From NCBI GenBank assembly GCA_038215615.1, contig JBBQQR010000006.1, positions 1 to 64,000 on the forward strand: a stretch of DNA of 64,000 nt, in the 5' to 3' direction. The notes under the pieces were generated by a model. It had not been told where the DNA came from. It was given only the letters and a program-made list of their open reading frames with translations, and ran no database searches. Below are positions 26,920 through 40,317 of the stretch, one piece after another (the stretch's first letter is position 1; every line of letters begins with the position of its first letter). This DNA is from Vulcanimicrobiales bacterium (GTDB lineage: Bacteria > Vulcanimicrobiota > Vulcanimicrobiia > Vulcanimicrobiales > Vulcanimicrobiaceae). The translations under genes and the position numbers were made by a program.

Positions 26920-28800
26920 GTGCCGAATTCGATAGTCAGGCGAGGCTTACTCGCCCTCGTGCTGCTGGTCGGAGCTCTCTGCGTTGGGATTGCCTCTGCG
27001 GACACGGACGAGACCACCGCCGGCATCAATCCGGCGACGATTGGCATGCAGCCAATCCGGGGGGCGCTTCCGGCCGCCACGCCGCTTCCCGGCGAATCTC
27101 GGCTCATGCGCCGCGTGGACGGAACCTTTGCGGCTGTTCCGCAATCGAGCGGGCGCACGCGAACTTTTCACCTCGTGGAACGCGATGCGCCGTGGACGCT
27201 CCAGCCCGGACTGACGGTTCTCGCCAAGACCTATAACGGCGTCGTTCCCGGTCCGACCCTAGTCGTTCATCAAGGCGACCGGGTGGTCATCGATTACCGT
27301 AACGAACAGGGCACCCCGGATACGCTGCACCTTCATGGCATTCACGAGATTCCGGTGAGCATGGACGGCGTCGCGGGCATTTCGCAGGCGCTCGTCAGGC
27401 AAGGCGGAGCCTATCGTTACATTTTCACCGCGGATACGCCCGGCACGTTCATCTATCATTCGCATGACAACGAAGAGATGGTCAACAGCGGATTATACGG
27501 CGCGATAGTCGTGTTGCCGTCCCACCCGTCGGCAGCGGAACGATCCGATCGCGATTACGTCGAGGTGCTGTCGTCTTGGGCGATTCAAAGCCTGAGCGAA
27601 AATCATTTCACGATCAACGGAAAAGAGTATCCGTACACGGCTCCCATTGAGGTGCGCAAAGGTCAGCGCGTACGGCTTCGCTGGATCAATATCTCGGGCG
27701 AAAGCATGCACACGATGCATACGCACGGACATTATCAGCGTATCGTAGCGCGCGACGCGCAGCCGGTGACGTACCAGGATATCGAGGATACGGTTTTCTT
27801 GGCACCCGGTCAGCGCGTGGACGTCGTCATCCAAGCGAACCAAATGCCCGGAACGTGGCTGGTGCACTGTCACGTGATCGATCATACCGAGGACGGTTCG
27901 GGAATGCCCGACGGCCTGGTCAGCGCGCTTCATTACCAAGGGACGCCGTATACCGGCGCAGCCATGAACACGGCGATGCGTGCGATGCTTCCCGCGTTCG
28001 GCCGTTCGAAAGGCGGGCTCTCGTTCGGGATGACCGTGCTCCTGGGCGCTGTCGCCGGGCTGACGATCTTTCTTGGATTGCCGGTCGCGCGTATGCGCAA
28101 CGTGTCGCCGTCGGTTATGGCGGCACTGAACGCACTGGCGATCGGGATCCTCGTCTACTTAGTTGTCGAGATCGCCGGAAGCGCGACGGCGCCGCTCGTG
28201 CAGGCGGCGCGATTCTGGCACGGCGGCGGCGCACCGTTGGGAGTGATTTCGCTGGCTCTTGCCTACGTGGGCGGCTTGTTCGCGGGACTGGTCGGATTGG
28301 GTTTCGTGGCCAACAAACTTAGCAGCCGCGCCGCTTCGTCTGTGCATCAGCCGCTCGTGCTGGCCGCGGTCATCGCGGTCGGAATCGGCGCGCACAATTT
28401 TGCCGAAGGGCTGGCCATCGGCGCTTCGGCCGCAAGCGGCGCAACGGCAATTGCGGTCGGGTTGATTATCGGATTCGCCCTGCATAACGCGACCGAGGGC
28501 TTCGGTATTGCCGCTCCGCTTTCGGGGCGCATCATTCCGTCCTGGGGGCAACTCGGCCTAGCGGGCATTGTGGCGGGCGGCCCGACTTTTCTCGGTACGG
28601 TTGTCGGCTATACGTTCCAATCGCCGGTTCTCTCGGTCTTATTTTTAGCGACGGCAATCGGCGCGCTCGTCTTCGTGATCGGCGAAATTTGGGCTGTGCT
28701 GCGGCGGAACTTAGGCATTACTCCGCTGGTGACCTCAATGCTGGCGTGCGGATTCTTGATCGCGTTGACGACGGAGCTAGTCTTGGATTTAAGCGGTTAA
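26920..28800 (+). CDS. Fusion of a two-domain multicopper oxidase and a ZIP-family metal transporter
   Basis: Twin-Arg leader VRRGLL; Cu motifs HLHG, YHSH, HTMHTHGH, HCHVIDH; C-terminal ~8 TM with HNFAEG and HNATEG ZIP motifs; one uninterrupted frame. Confidence 0.88.
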   Translation: MPNSIVRRGLLALVLLVGALCVGIASADTDETTAGINPATIGMQPIRGALPAATPLPGESRLMRRVDGTFAAVPQSSGRTRTFHLVERDAPWTLQPGLTVLAKTYNGVVPGPTLVVHQGDRVVIDYRNEQGTPDTLHLHGIHEIPVSMDGVAGISQALVRQGGAYRYIFTADTPGTFIYHSHDNEEMVNSGLYGAIVVLPSHPSAAERSDRDYVEVLSSWAIQSLSENHFTINGKEYPYTAPIEVRKGQRVRLRWINISGESMHTMHTHGHYQRIVARDAQPVTYQDIEDTVFLAPGQRVDVVIQANQMPGTWLVHCHVIDHTEDGSGMPDGLVSALHYQGTPYTGAAMNTAMRAMLPAFGRSKGGLSFGMTVLLGAVAGLTIFLGLPVARMRNVSPSVMAALNALAIGILVYLVVEIAGSATAPLVQAARFWHGGGAPLGVISLALAYVGGLFAGLVGLGFVANKLSSRAASSVHQPLVLAAVIAVGIGAHNFAEGLAIGASAASGATAIAVGLIIGFALHNATEGFGIAAPLSGRIIPSWGQLGLAGIVAGGPTFLGTVVGYTFQSPVLSVLFLATAIGALVFVIGEIWAVLRRNLGITPLVTSMLACGFLIALTTELVLDLSG

Positions 28801-28803
28801 CCG

Positions 28804-29724
28804 ATGGAAACGGCGCGCGCGCAATTCCCCGACGAACAGAGCGGAGGCGACTTTGCGCGCCAGGACGACGCGTTTCGCGAGTCCATCGTCGGCGAATCCG
28901 GGCGTTATCATCTTTACGTTTCGTGGGCGTGTCCGTGGGCCTCGCGCGCGATCATCGCGCGCAAGCTGAAGGGCCTCGAGGATGCGATCGGCATGAGCGG
29001 CGTCGATCCGATTCGCGACGAGCGCGGCTGGGCGTTTCGGGACGGGCCGGGATACTCGCGTGACCCGATCAACGGCTTTGCATTTTTGAGGGAAGCCTAT
29101 GCAGTCAGCGATCCGCAATACCGGGGACGCGTGACGGTGCCCGCGCTTTGGGACAAGCAGGCCGGACGGATCGTCAACAACTCCGACGACGACATCATGC
29201 GCGCGTTTGAAACCGAGTTCGAAGGCTTTGCGAAGCACGACATCGACCTGTATCCGGCGGAGCACCGCGCCGAGATCGAGGCGCTCAACCAGCTCATTTA
29301 CGAAACCGTCAACAACGGTGTGTACCGAGCCGGTTTTGCGACCTCACAAGGCGCCTACGAAAACGCGGCTTACGGCGTCTTCGAAACGCTCGATCGTTTG
29401 GAGGAACGCCTGGCGCACCGCCGCTACTTGATCGCGGCGCACCCTGTGGAAACGGATTGGAAGCTGTTCGTGACGCTGATCCGCTTTGACGCCGTCTATT
29501 TCGGGCATTTCAAATGCAACGTGCGCCGCATCGTCGACTACCCGAATCTGTGGGGCTACGTACGCGACCTCTACCAAATCGACGGCATCGCCGAAATGGT
29601 CAACTTCGATCACATCAAGCGCCACTATTATATGACGCACGGAGAGATCAACCCGACGCGGATCGTTCCGGTCGGGCCAACCCTGGATCTTCTGACGCCG
29701 CACGGCCGCGAAAGACTATCTTAG
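28804..29724 (+). CDS. Glutathionyl-hydroquinone reductase (YqjG/ECM4-type GST)
   Basis: GRYHLYVSWACPWA, TVPALWD, IVNN, NNGVYRAGFA, RFDAVYFGHFKCN, HIKRHYY. Confidence 0.9.
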   Translation: METARAQFPDEQSGGDFARQDDAFRESIVGESGRYHLYVSWACPWASRAIIARKLKGLEDAIGMSGVDPIRDERGWAFRDGPGYSRDPINGFAFLREAYAVSDPQYRGRVTVPALWDKQAGRIVNNSDDDIMRAFETEFEGFAKHDIDLYPAEHRAEIEALNQLIYETVNNGVYRAGFATSQGAYENAAYGVFETLDRLEERLAHRRYLIAAHPVETDWKLFVTLIRFDAVYFGHFKCNVRRIVDYPNLWGYVRDLYQIDGIAEMVNFDHIKRHYYMTHGEINPTRIVPVGPTLDLLTPHGRERLS

Positions 29725-29727
29725 GGG

Positions 29728-30423
29728 CTAGAGCGACGGAAAACTGACGTTCTGCAGGACGAGCGTGCTGGAAAACGCCCGGTCTTTCGAATTCGGCGCG
29801 GGCTGCCAACTCGCGTCGATCTCGGATATCCACCAAACCGCTTGCGGACCGTACGGCTTGAAAGAATAATCGATCGCGGTGCTCCAGCCGCCGGGGTTTT
29901 CCGCATAGGTCAGCTTGCGAACCTGGAATGTGACGCGATCGATCCAGAGCGCCCGCAGCGGATAATGTTCGGCAGCGTTGATCGGACGCAAGAGCAAGTG
30001 ATAGACGCTGCTGCCGTCGAGTTGCTCTTCGCCTGCGAGCGCGACGTCGTAATGCGCGGCGCGCACCTGCGCGATCACCCGAAGCTTGGAGGGCGCGAAC
30101 GGATCGGGCTGCGTGCTGCCCGGATAGACCGACGAAATGTTGAAGCCCAGCGGAGAATATGCAGGCCCTTCGCAGTTGGGACCTCGGCTCGTTTTTGGCT
30201 GCGCTAATCCTTGGTCGATCTCCACGGTGGCGCACCAATGATCGAACGTGCGCAACACGACGTGCTCGTTTCCGCGGGTGACCACGCCGGCTGCGTCGCG
30301 GTGCGTGATTGCCGTGTCAAAAGCAACGTAGGCCGGAAGTGCGCGAGCTTCCCACGCGTCTTCGGCTTGAAAGAACATTTGCAACGGTGTCAGAACCGCC
30401 GCGAAGATGGCGCCCGGTAGCAC
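29728..30423 (-). CDS. Hypothetical exported protein, possibly LolA/RseB-like fold
   Basis: Hydrophobic N-terminus; GEEQLDG..VYHLLLRP...LWID..TF pattern. Confidence 0.55.
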   Translation of the reverse strand: MLPGAIFAAVLTPLQMFFQAEDAWEARALPAYVAFDTAITHRDAAGVVTRGNEHVVLRTFDHWCATVEIDQGLAQPKTSRGPNCEGPAYSPLGFNISSVYPGSTQPDPFAPSKLRVIAQVRAAHYDVALAGEEQLDGSSVYHLLLRPINAAEHYPLRALWIDRVTFQVRKLTYAENPGGWSTAIDYSFKPYGPQAVWWISEIDASWQPAPNSKDRAFSSTLVLQNVSFPSL

Positions 30424-30443
30424 GCTAACGCCCGCCGGCGGCG

Positions 30444-30878
30444 CTAAGAGGTATAGCGGCGGCTGATCTCCTGTGCGCGCTGATACGTTTGCGTCGCGCG
30501 CGAACGAAACATGGCCTCTCCCGAAGCTTCGGGCGGCATGCGCAGGACGATGTGCGTGCCTTGCGCGCTAGCCTCGACCGTAAGCGGAACGCGCGTTCCC
30601 AACAAGATCGCTCGCCGGTATTCGTTGTGATCGATGCCGATGGCGGGCGGACCCTGTGCGTACAAGTGAATCGTGGGGCCCGCCAGCTCGCTTTCCACTG
30701 AAACGGCCAGCGCCCAGTGCCCACGTTCGGTTTCAGCTGCCAGCAACTCACCGAGTACCAGCTCGAGTCCGAACAGATCGGCGTCCGGATCTGCGGCCAG
30801 CCCCCGCACCGCGTCAATGGCGCTGCGCCGCACGCGTGCGACCGAGAACGCGTCGGCTGAGTCGATCGACCAGTTCAT
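30444..30878 (-). CDS. Degenerate RsbW/anti-sigma HATPase_c-like protein
   Basis: ARVRR...DLFGLELVLGELL resembles the RsbW N-box helix, but the Asn and G-boxes are not evident. Confidence 0.5.
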   Translation of the reverse strand: MNWSIDSADAFSVARVRRSAIDAVRGLAADPDADLFGLELVLGELLAAETERGHWALAVSVESELAGPTIHLYAQGPPAIGIDHNEYRRAILLGTRVPLTVEASAQGTHIVLRMPPEASGEAMFRSRATQTYQRAQEISRRYTS

Positions 30879-30946
30879 TCATTCTGTTGTACCACGATTC
30901 CAGGCTTGCCACGCGCTGCGAGCATGTGTTAGACTCCCCCCGTAAC

Positions 30947-31111
30947 ATGTCGAGACACCATCAATCCTTTGTGGTCGAGGAGATTTTCTTTTTTTCAGCC
31001 TTGCTGCCAATCGCTTGGCTGTTTGCGCTACTTTTCGGGCACAAAATCTTCGACCGCCTCCACCGTGGCCGCCGCTCCGGCCGCGCCCTCCTGACCCAGC
31101 CGGTAGAGTAG
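30947..31111 (+). CDS. Small hypothetical membrane peptide
   Basis: 54 aa with hydrophobic stretch IFFFSALLPIAWLFALLFG. Confidence 0.35.
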   Translation: MSRHHQSFVVEEIFFFSALLPIAWLFALLFGHKIFDRLHRGRRSGRALLTQPVE

Positions 31112-31132
31112 GCCCCTTTTCTCCCGTTACCC

Positions 31133-31175
31133 TTGTAGTGATTTTGGGCGGGTGATATACTATTCGCCTGTGCCC
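31133..31175 (+). promoter_or_regulatory. Sigma70-type promoter of rpoB
   Basis: TTGTAG (31133-31138), 17 nt, TATACT (31156-31161) with extended TG, followed by CTGTGCCC. Confidence 0.7.
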
Positions 31176-31197
31176 TGGCCGCTAGGCATAAAATAGA

Positions 31198-31243
31198 GAA
31201 AGAGCGAGTCACCACATGCGGAGTGGTCGGCTTCGTTCTTTTT
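31198..31243 (+). promoter_or_regulatory. Terminator-like hairpin (possible attenuator) in the rpoB leader
   Basis: AAAGAGCGAGTC-ACCAC...GTGGT-CGGCT-TCGTTCTTT followed by a T run. Confidence 0.5.
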
Positions 31244-31309
31244 AGCGTGCTCGGGTCTGCGCAAAACGGCTTCCTTCCTTATATACACTTCCATAGAGAG
31301 AGATAACGA

Positions 31310-35233
<3,924 letters not shown>

Positions 35234-35235
35234 CC

Positions 35236-35265
35236 GAAAGGGCCCCTAGGCGGGGCCCTTTCTTT
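35236..35265 (+). terminator. Intrinsic terminator after rpoB
   Basis: GAAAGGGCCCC-TAGGC-GGGGCCCTTTC then TTT. Confidence 0.85.
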
Positions 35266-35361
35266 AAAAAGGGATTAGAGAGCCCTGTGGGAATCAGCCA
35301 GACAGGCAGGCGTTGAGCCTACCATCAGCGGCGCTATTTGCAAAATCTGAAAGGGAAGCTT

Positions 35362-38300
35362 ATGAGCTCTTTTCATGGCAAGCAAAGTGCGCGGACGATT
35401 TTACATTTGTTCGCGGCACTTTTCATCACGAGTTTGTTGCTCGTACAAACATGCGCGCCGGCGTTTGCGGGAACCACGGGGATCCTGAGCGGAACCGCAA
35501 CGGATTCCGCAACGCAGGCACCATTAGCCGGTGTCCAAATCGTCGCACTCGCGCCGGTTGGACGCTACACGGCAACAACCAACAACAGTGGATTCTATTC
35601 CTTAGCGGGCCTTCCGCCCGACACATACTCCGTCTCGTTCAACCTTACGGGTTACGAGCCGGTGTCGATACCCGGGCAAAACGTCTTCGCCGATTTGACG
35701 ACGACGGTCAGCACGACGCTGGTGAAGTCGCTGCGCACGATTGCGCACGTGACGTCACGCAGTGCGGGCGGCGCGTTCCAGCCAAATCAGCCGGTGAACA
35801 CGTACAGCGTCACCCAGCATCAAGTACAGACGATACTGGGTACCTCGCTAAACCTGGCGGAATCGACGCTGATCACTTCGCTGCCGGGCGGCTCGGCCGA
35901 CTCGAGCGGCTATCCGGTTATCCGCGGCGGCCGCGAAAATGAAGAGAACTTCGAATTCGAAGGCATTCCGTTCACCGACGCGTTCACAAACCAATTCACG
36001 AACTCGCTGAGCGTTCCGGGCCTGGGCCTGCAGAGCGCGCAGTTGACGCCGGGGCTTGGGAACGCGTCACAGGATAACTACGGAACGGGCACGTTCAACC
36101 TGATTGCCAAGCGCGGAGCGTATCCGGGCTTTGCGACGGGACAGTTTGCCATCGGCGCACCGGCTTTCCGGCACCAGGCAAACCTGGAATGGGGTTTCGC
36201 ATCGCCCAACGGGCGGATTTCCGCCTACATGGCGCTGTCGGACAACAACCAGAACAGCGCGTTCAACACGACCTCCGCGAACTGCTTGACTATCGGAACC
36301 TGTTTCTCACGCTTGTATCAAACAAAGCGGGAGTTTTTAGGAAACCTGGTTTACAAGTTCGGTCGCAATAACAACCAAGCGCTCCAATTCTTCACGGATA
36401 TCGGCCAGTCGATCTTCTTCACGGGGAACGCCTTCGGCGGACCCAACAACAACTGGTTGTGCTACGCATCGTGCGATCCGTTCTCGATGCAGCAGGAAAT
36501 GGCGACTTCGGGGTTTTCGACAGCGGCAATCCCACTGAATGGGACGACGTGTCCGACACCTTTGAACTGCGCCGGATATACGGCGCCGCCGCTTGGGTGC
36601 TCGACTCCGCCGATTCCCGCCTCGTGCGCAGCGGCACTGCTGGCATATTCTCGCGTTCAAACGCTCCAGGGCCTATTACAGCTCTATCCGGGGCAGAGCT
36701 CCTTGAATCAAACGCTGAGTTCGACCGGCGCCATGCCATCAACTAATTTCCAGCCGAACGCCGCGTTCAAACTCGGCTACATTTGGAATATCAATCCCTC
36801 GAGTGTCCTCGAAATGATGGCCTACCATCTGGACTCCGTTACCACGTTCGACCTTGCTCTCTCAGGCGGATACGCTTCGTTTAGTACCGCTCGCAGACAG
36901 TTGCAAGGCGGCAGAACCAGCGGCTATAAGCTCGACTTCACCAAGCAGATGGGTGATAAGAACCTGCTCAAGGCGGGTGGAGAGTACAAATACCTGATTC
37001 CTGTGTTCGATGCTCCCGCGAACGTCTATGGTTTCTTTAACTTCGCGTTCGAACACGGCGAGCAGTTCGACTTCTTGACGGGAGCTCAGTGCAGCGCCAT
37101 TGGCGTCGCACCGGCTTCGTGCGGCTACATCTACGCCAACGGCGTGACCAGCCCGCAGACCCTTCCGAAGGCGTATGAAAATACGTCGGTCGAACGTCAC
37201 GACTACGCAGCCTACATCGACGACACGTGGTCGCCGAACGACAAACTCAAAGTCGAAGGCGGCATCCGCTTCGACGGAGCGAGCTTCGGCTATCCAAATG
37301 CCCAGATCGATCCCTATACGTGCACCTCGGTCTTTTTGCCGACATACTCAACTGACTCCACCGGAGCGCTGTTGACGACGCCGAGCACGAATTCGGGTGC
37401 GCAGACCACCTATCGTAATCCGATCACCGGTGTCGTCACGACGACGGCGCTGGGCACGTGCCCGGTTGCGACATTCCCGCAGTTGACCACCCTGTCGCGC
37501 CGTCCGCTCATCCCGGAGCCGATCTTCGCGGCAACGTACCGCCTCGGCGCAAACGACTCGGTTCGCGCGTCGTGGGGACGTTCGGTCAATTTCCCGACAT
37601 TGGGCCTGGTCGACACTTCCGCCAATATCGACTACTTTGGCGGGCCGAATCGCCAGTTCTTCAAAATCCCGGGATACACGAGTGACTGCGGAGTCTTGTC
37701 CGATCAGGCCTGTGCAAACTACGCCGAGCAACTCTATTGGGATAACGCCCGTGAGTGGGCCGGCGGCGTTCCGCTCGCGCCGGTCCGCCCAACGGTCTTC
37801 GTCAACGCGGACTTTTCATGGGAACACCAATTCACGCGCGGGTTCTTGAACGGCATTTCGTTCAAGCTCACGCCGTGGTATCGCAAGGCTCAAGATGAGA
37901 CCGCCCTGGTTTCAACCCCGAAGATCGTTGGCGGCGTCCCGCTGACCAATCCGATTACGGGCGCGATCATCTTCAACCCGCCGGTGGCTAACAACCTCGG
38001 CAAGAACCAGGCGACCGGCGTCGAGGCGCAGTTCACGAAAGAGCAAACCTACGGCCTCTCGGGTCAGGTGAGCTTCACGTATCAGAACGAACTCTCGAGC
38101 GTCATCCCCGGATCGAGCAGCGAGGACTTCTATCCGTCGATTCCCGCGCAGTCCGTATTGCTCGGAAACATCTACCGCGTCGGATTCCTCTCGCCGTTCG
38201 TGGCGTCGTTCGACTTCTCGTATCAGACACATAACGGTTGGAGAATCTCACCGCAAACGCAATGGAACATCGGTTATCCGATCGGTCCTGGCTTCATCAC

Positions 38301-38778
38301 GTCGGCGTTCGTCAACGGCCAGCCCTACAACGTGCCGTTCACGAACGCATGCCCCGGCTGCTCGACAACGGGCACGGGACAATTCGTGGATCCGATGAAC
38401 CCCGGTTCGTTCTTCGCACCGAACGTTGCGGCGAACAAAGGCATTCCGATGGGGAACGCCAACGGCGGCAAGCTTTCGCATCCGTCGTCGATCACGAACC
38501 TCACAATCGAATACAACGCTCCGAAGACATGGACCGCCGGCGTCGAGGTCTTCAATCTCTTCGGTGCACTGTACGGCGGCCCGTCATTGAACGGACGCTG
38601 GCAGCCGGTTGCTAACGGCATCGGCGGACCGCTTACCGGTCAAAACGCTACGGGATACAATTTCCCGCAGTACGGACAGATCGGAAACACCGGTTCGTTG
38701 CGGCATGGGGAGAACGCCTATATCGATACGCCCAGCGGCCTCCGGACCTTTGTATTCTACTTCCAAGTCAAGATGTAA
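35362..38778 (+). CDS. TonB-dependent outer-membrane receptor with N-terminal carboxypeptidase-regulatory-like domain (Oar-like)
   Basis: Signal peptide, GILSGTATD..PLAGV..GFYSLAGLPPDTYSV, plug LPG...IRGG, YIDDTWS..LKVEGGIRFD, aromatic C-terminal strand FYFQVKM. Confidence 0.82.
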   Translation: MSSFHGKQSARTILHLFAALFITSLLLVQTCAPAFAGTTGILSGTATDSATQAPLAGVQIVALAPVGRYTATTNNSGFYSLAGLPPDTYSVSFNLTGYEPVSIPGQNVFADLTTTVSTTLVKSLRTIAHVTSRSAGGAFQPNQPVNTYSVTQHQVQTILGTSLNLAESTLITSLPGGSADSSGYPVIRGGRENEENFEFEGIPFTDAFTNQFTNSLSVPGLGLQSAQLTPGLGNASQDNYGTGTFNLIAKRGAYPGFATGQFAIGAPAFRHQANLEWGFASPNGRISAYMALSDNNQNSAFNTTSANCLTIGTCFSRLYQTKREFLGNLVYKFGRNNNQALQFFTDIGQSIFFTGNAFGGPNNNWLCYASCDPFSMQQEMATSGFSTAAIPLNGTTCPTPLNCAGYTAPPLGCSTPPIPASCAAALLAYSRVQTLQGLLQLYPGQSSLNQTLSSTGAMPSTNFQPNAAFKLGYIWNINPSSVLEMMAYHLDSVTTFDLALSGGYASFSTARRQLQGGRTSGYKLDFTKQMGDKNLLKAGGEYKYLIPVFDAPANVYGFFNFAFEHGEQFDFLTGAQCSAIGVAPASCGYIYANGVTSPQTLPKAYENTSVERHDYAAYIDDTWSPNDKLKVEGGIRFDGASFGYPNAQIDPYTCTSVFLPTYSTDSTGALLTTPSTNSGAQTTYRNPITGVVTTTALGTCPVATFPQLTTLSRRPLIPEPIFAATYRLGANDSVRASWGRSVNFPTLGLVDTSANIDYFGGPNRQFFKIPGYTSDCGVLSDQACANYAEQLYWDNAREWAGGVPLAPVRPTVFVNADFSWEHQFTRGFLNGISFKLTPWYRKAQDETALVSTPKIVGGVPLTNPITGAIIFNPPVANNLGKNQATGVEAQFTKEQTYGLSGQVSFTYQNELSSVIPGSSSEDFYPSIPAQSVLLGNIYRVGFLSPFVASFDFSYQTHNGWRISPQTQWNIGYPIGPGFITSAFVNGQPYNVPFTNACPGCSTTGTGQFVDPMNPGSFFAPNVAANKGIPMGNANGGKLSHPSSITNLTIEYNAPKTWTAGVEVFNLFGALYGGPSLNGRWQPVANGIGGPLTGQNATGYNFPQYGQIGNTGSLRHGENAYIDTPSGLRTFVFYFQVKM

Positions 38779-38787
38779 GGAGCGACT

Positions 38788-39900
38788 TTGATCAACCACA
38801 AAATCATCGCGGCGGCTGTCGTCGCGGCGCTCCTTGCAGGGTGCTCCGCCAACGGCACCGCGAGCCCGCCGACCTCAGTCGTCAGCAATCTCGGAGCCAA
38901 CGTACTGCAGTTTGCGGTCGGTACGGCAAACATGGGGCAAACCGGAACGGTCGGCCTGAACACGGTCTCGACGTTCCGTCAGCCCAATGGATTGACGGCC
39001 ACGCTCGTCAACACACCGACGATCACGGCACCGGCGGGATTCGTCCCGCCGGCCTGTGGCGCCACGTGCGTTGACAATGCAGTGACCCACCAAATGAGTG
39101 GTGCGCCGCAAAACGTCAATCCGGCTGTCACCAACCCCGTCACGACGTTCGGACAAGCCGGGGGCGTCTTCTCATTCGGCATTGCGCCGGAAAATGAAGG
39201 CGCGACCGGTGCCGCAATTTATACGCGGTACGTCCAGCCCTTCACGGGATCGACGACGGCTTCGGCCACAAATCCGAACTACACTGGTGGACCGCCGGCC
39301 TATCCGTTCTTTAAAGACGGAACCTTCCCGGCGGCATTCTCTGGGTACTCGCAAGGGTTTGATATGTTCAACGCTACACCGGTCGCGGGCGCATACACGC
39401 TCTCGGTCGTCGTGGCCACGAGCAATGCGGGAACCACCACGTTTACGGCGTCCAGCACGCTTGCTAACCTCGTTGCGTTGCCGGCCCTTACCGTGCCGAC
39501 ATTCGTCAAAGACGGTTTGGGCGGCGGCGCCGGAGTAGTCACCGTTCCGGTCGACGCGCGCGTCGTGGAAACGATGGTCTACTTCCAGAATGTCTCGCAA
39601 GGTACGTTCTTTGCGGTCGGTCCGATTCGCGGCACCGGCGCGCAAGCGTACACGTTGCCGGATTTCCTGGGACCCTGCGGCGGAGCCGCGGGCACGGGTT
39701 GCCAGAACAACGCAGCCACACGTTCGGTCACGTTTGCAACCGGAAACACCGTCCGGATCTACGCGGCCACGTATGACTATCCGATGTTCGAAGCATCGCC
39801 GCCGGGAAATACGCAACAGTCCCCCGCCATCAACGGCGGAGCCGCTACGAGCAACCAAGCGGACCTCACCACGTCAGCGGTGACGTCAATAGTCTACTAA
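38788..39900 (+). CDS. Lipoprotein, probable partner of the TonB-dependent receptor
   Basis: Lipobox LLAGC; SD AAGGAG; 9 nt after the receptor stop. Confidence 0.8.
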   Translation: MINHKIIAAAVVAALLAGCSANGTASPPTSVVSNLGANVLQFAVGTANMGQTGTVGLNTVSTFRQPNGLTATLVNTPTITAPAGFVPPACGATCVDNAVTHQMSGAPQNVNPAVTNPVTTFGQAGGVFSFGIAPENEGATGAAIYTRYVQPFTGSTTASATNPNYTGGPPAYPFFKDGTFPAAFSGYSQGFDMFNATPVAGAYTLSVVVATSNAGTTTFTASSTLANLVALPALTVPTFVKDGLGGGAGVVTVPVDARVVETMVYFQNVSQGTFFAVGPIRGTGAQAYTLPDFLGPCGGAAGTGCQNNAATRSVTFATGNTVRIYAATYDYPMFEASPPGNTQQSPAINGGAATSNQADLTTSAVTSIVY

Positions 39901-39923
39901 CCGCTTAGCAGGGCTAAAGCAGC

Positions 39924-39960
39924 ACAAAGGGCCCGGAGAAATCCGGGCCCTTTGTTTTTT
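39924..39960 (+). terminator. Intrinsic terminator (possibly bidirectional)
   Basis: ACAAAGGGCCCGGA-GAAA-TCCGGGCCCTTTGT then TTTTT. Confidence 0.9.
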
Positions 39961-39996
39961 ATTTTGCCTCGGCGTGCGTGCTCGCGTCGGGAGCCA

Positions 39997-40272
39997 TCAT
40001 CTGGGCTTGTTGGCTTGCGTGCTGCTCTTGTCCGGCGCGAGCTCGCCTCGAACGTTGCGCACTCGCCTCGCTTCGTCGGTCAGCTGCTGGAGCTCTCTAA
40101 CATAAAAAGCGATGAGGCGCCGGTCGATGTCGCGGCCAAGGTTTTCGTGGATGATCTTTTGCAGGTCGCGCTCCATCTGATCAACGAGCGGGGGCGCGGG
40201 CAAATGGGAGTACTCCGCAGCCAGATCCTTAATGCTACGCCAGACCCTATCGGGAGCGCCGGGACCGTCCAT
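39997..40272 (-). CDS. Hypothetical protein
   Basis: 91 aa helical-looking ORF converging on the terminator. Confidence 0.5.
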   Translation of the reverse strand: MDGPGAPDRVWRSIKDLAAEYSHLPAPPLVDQMERDLQKIIHENLGRDIDRRLIAFYVRELQQLTDEARRVRNVRGELAPDKSSTQANKPR

Positions 40273-40317
40273 TCAGGGTCCTATCCCCAACTTTGGTACA
40301 ACCAAAACGTAGCGCCG

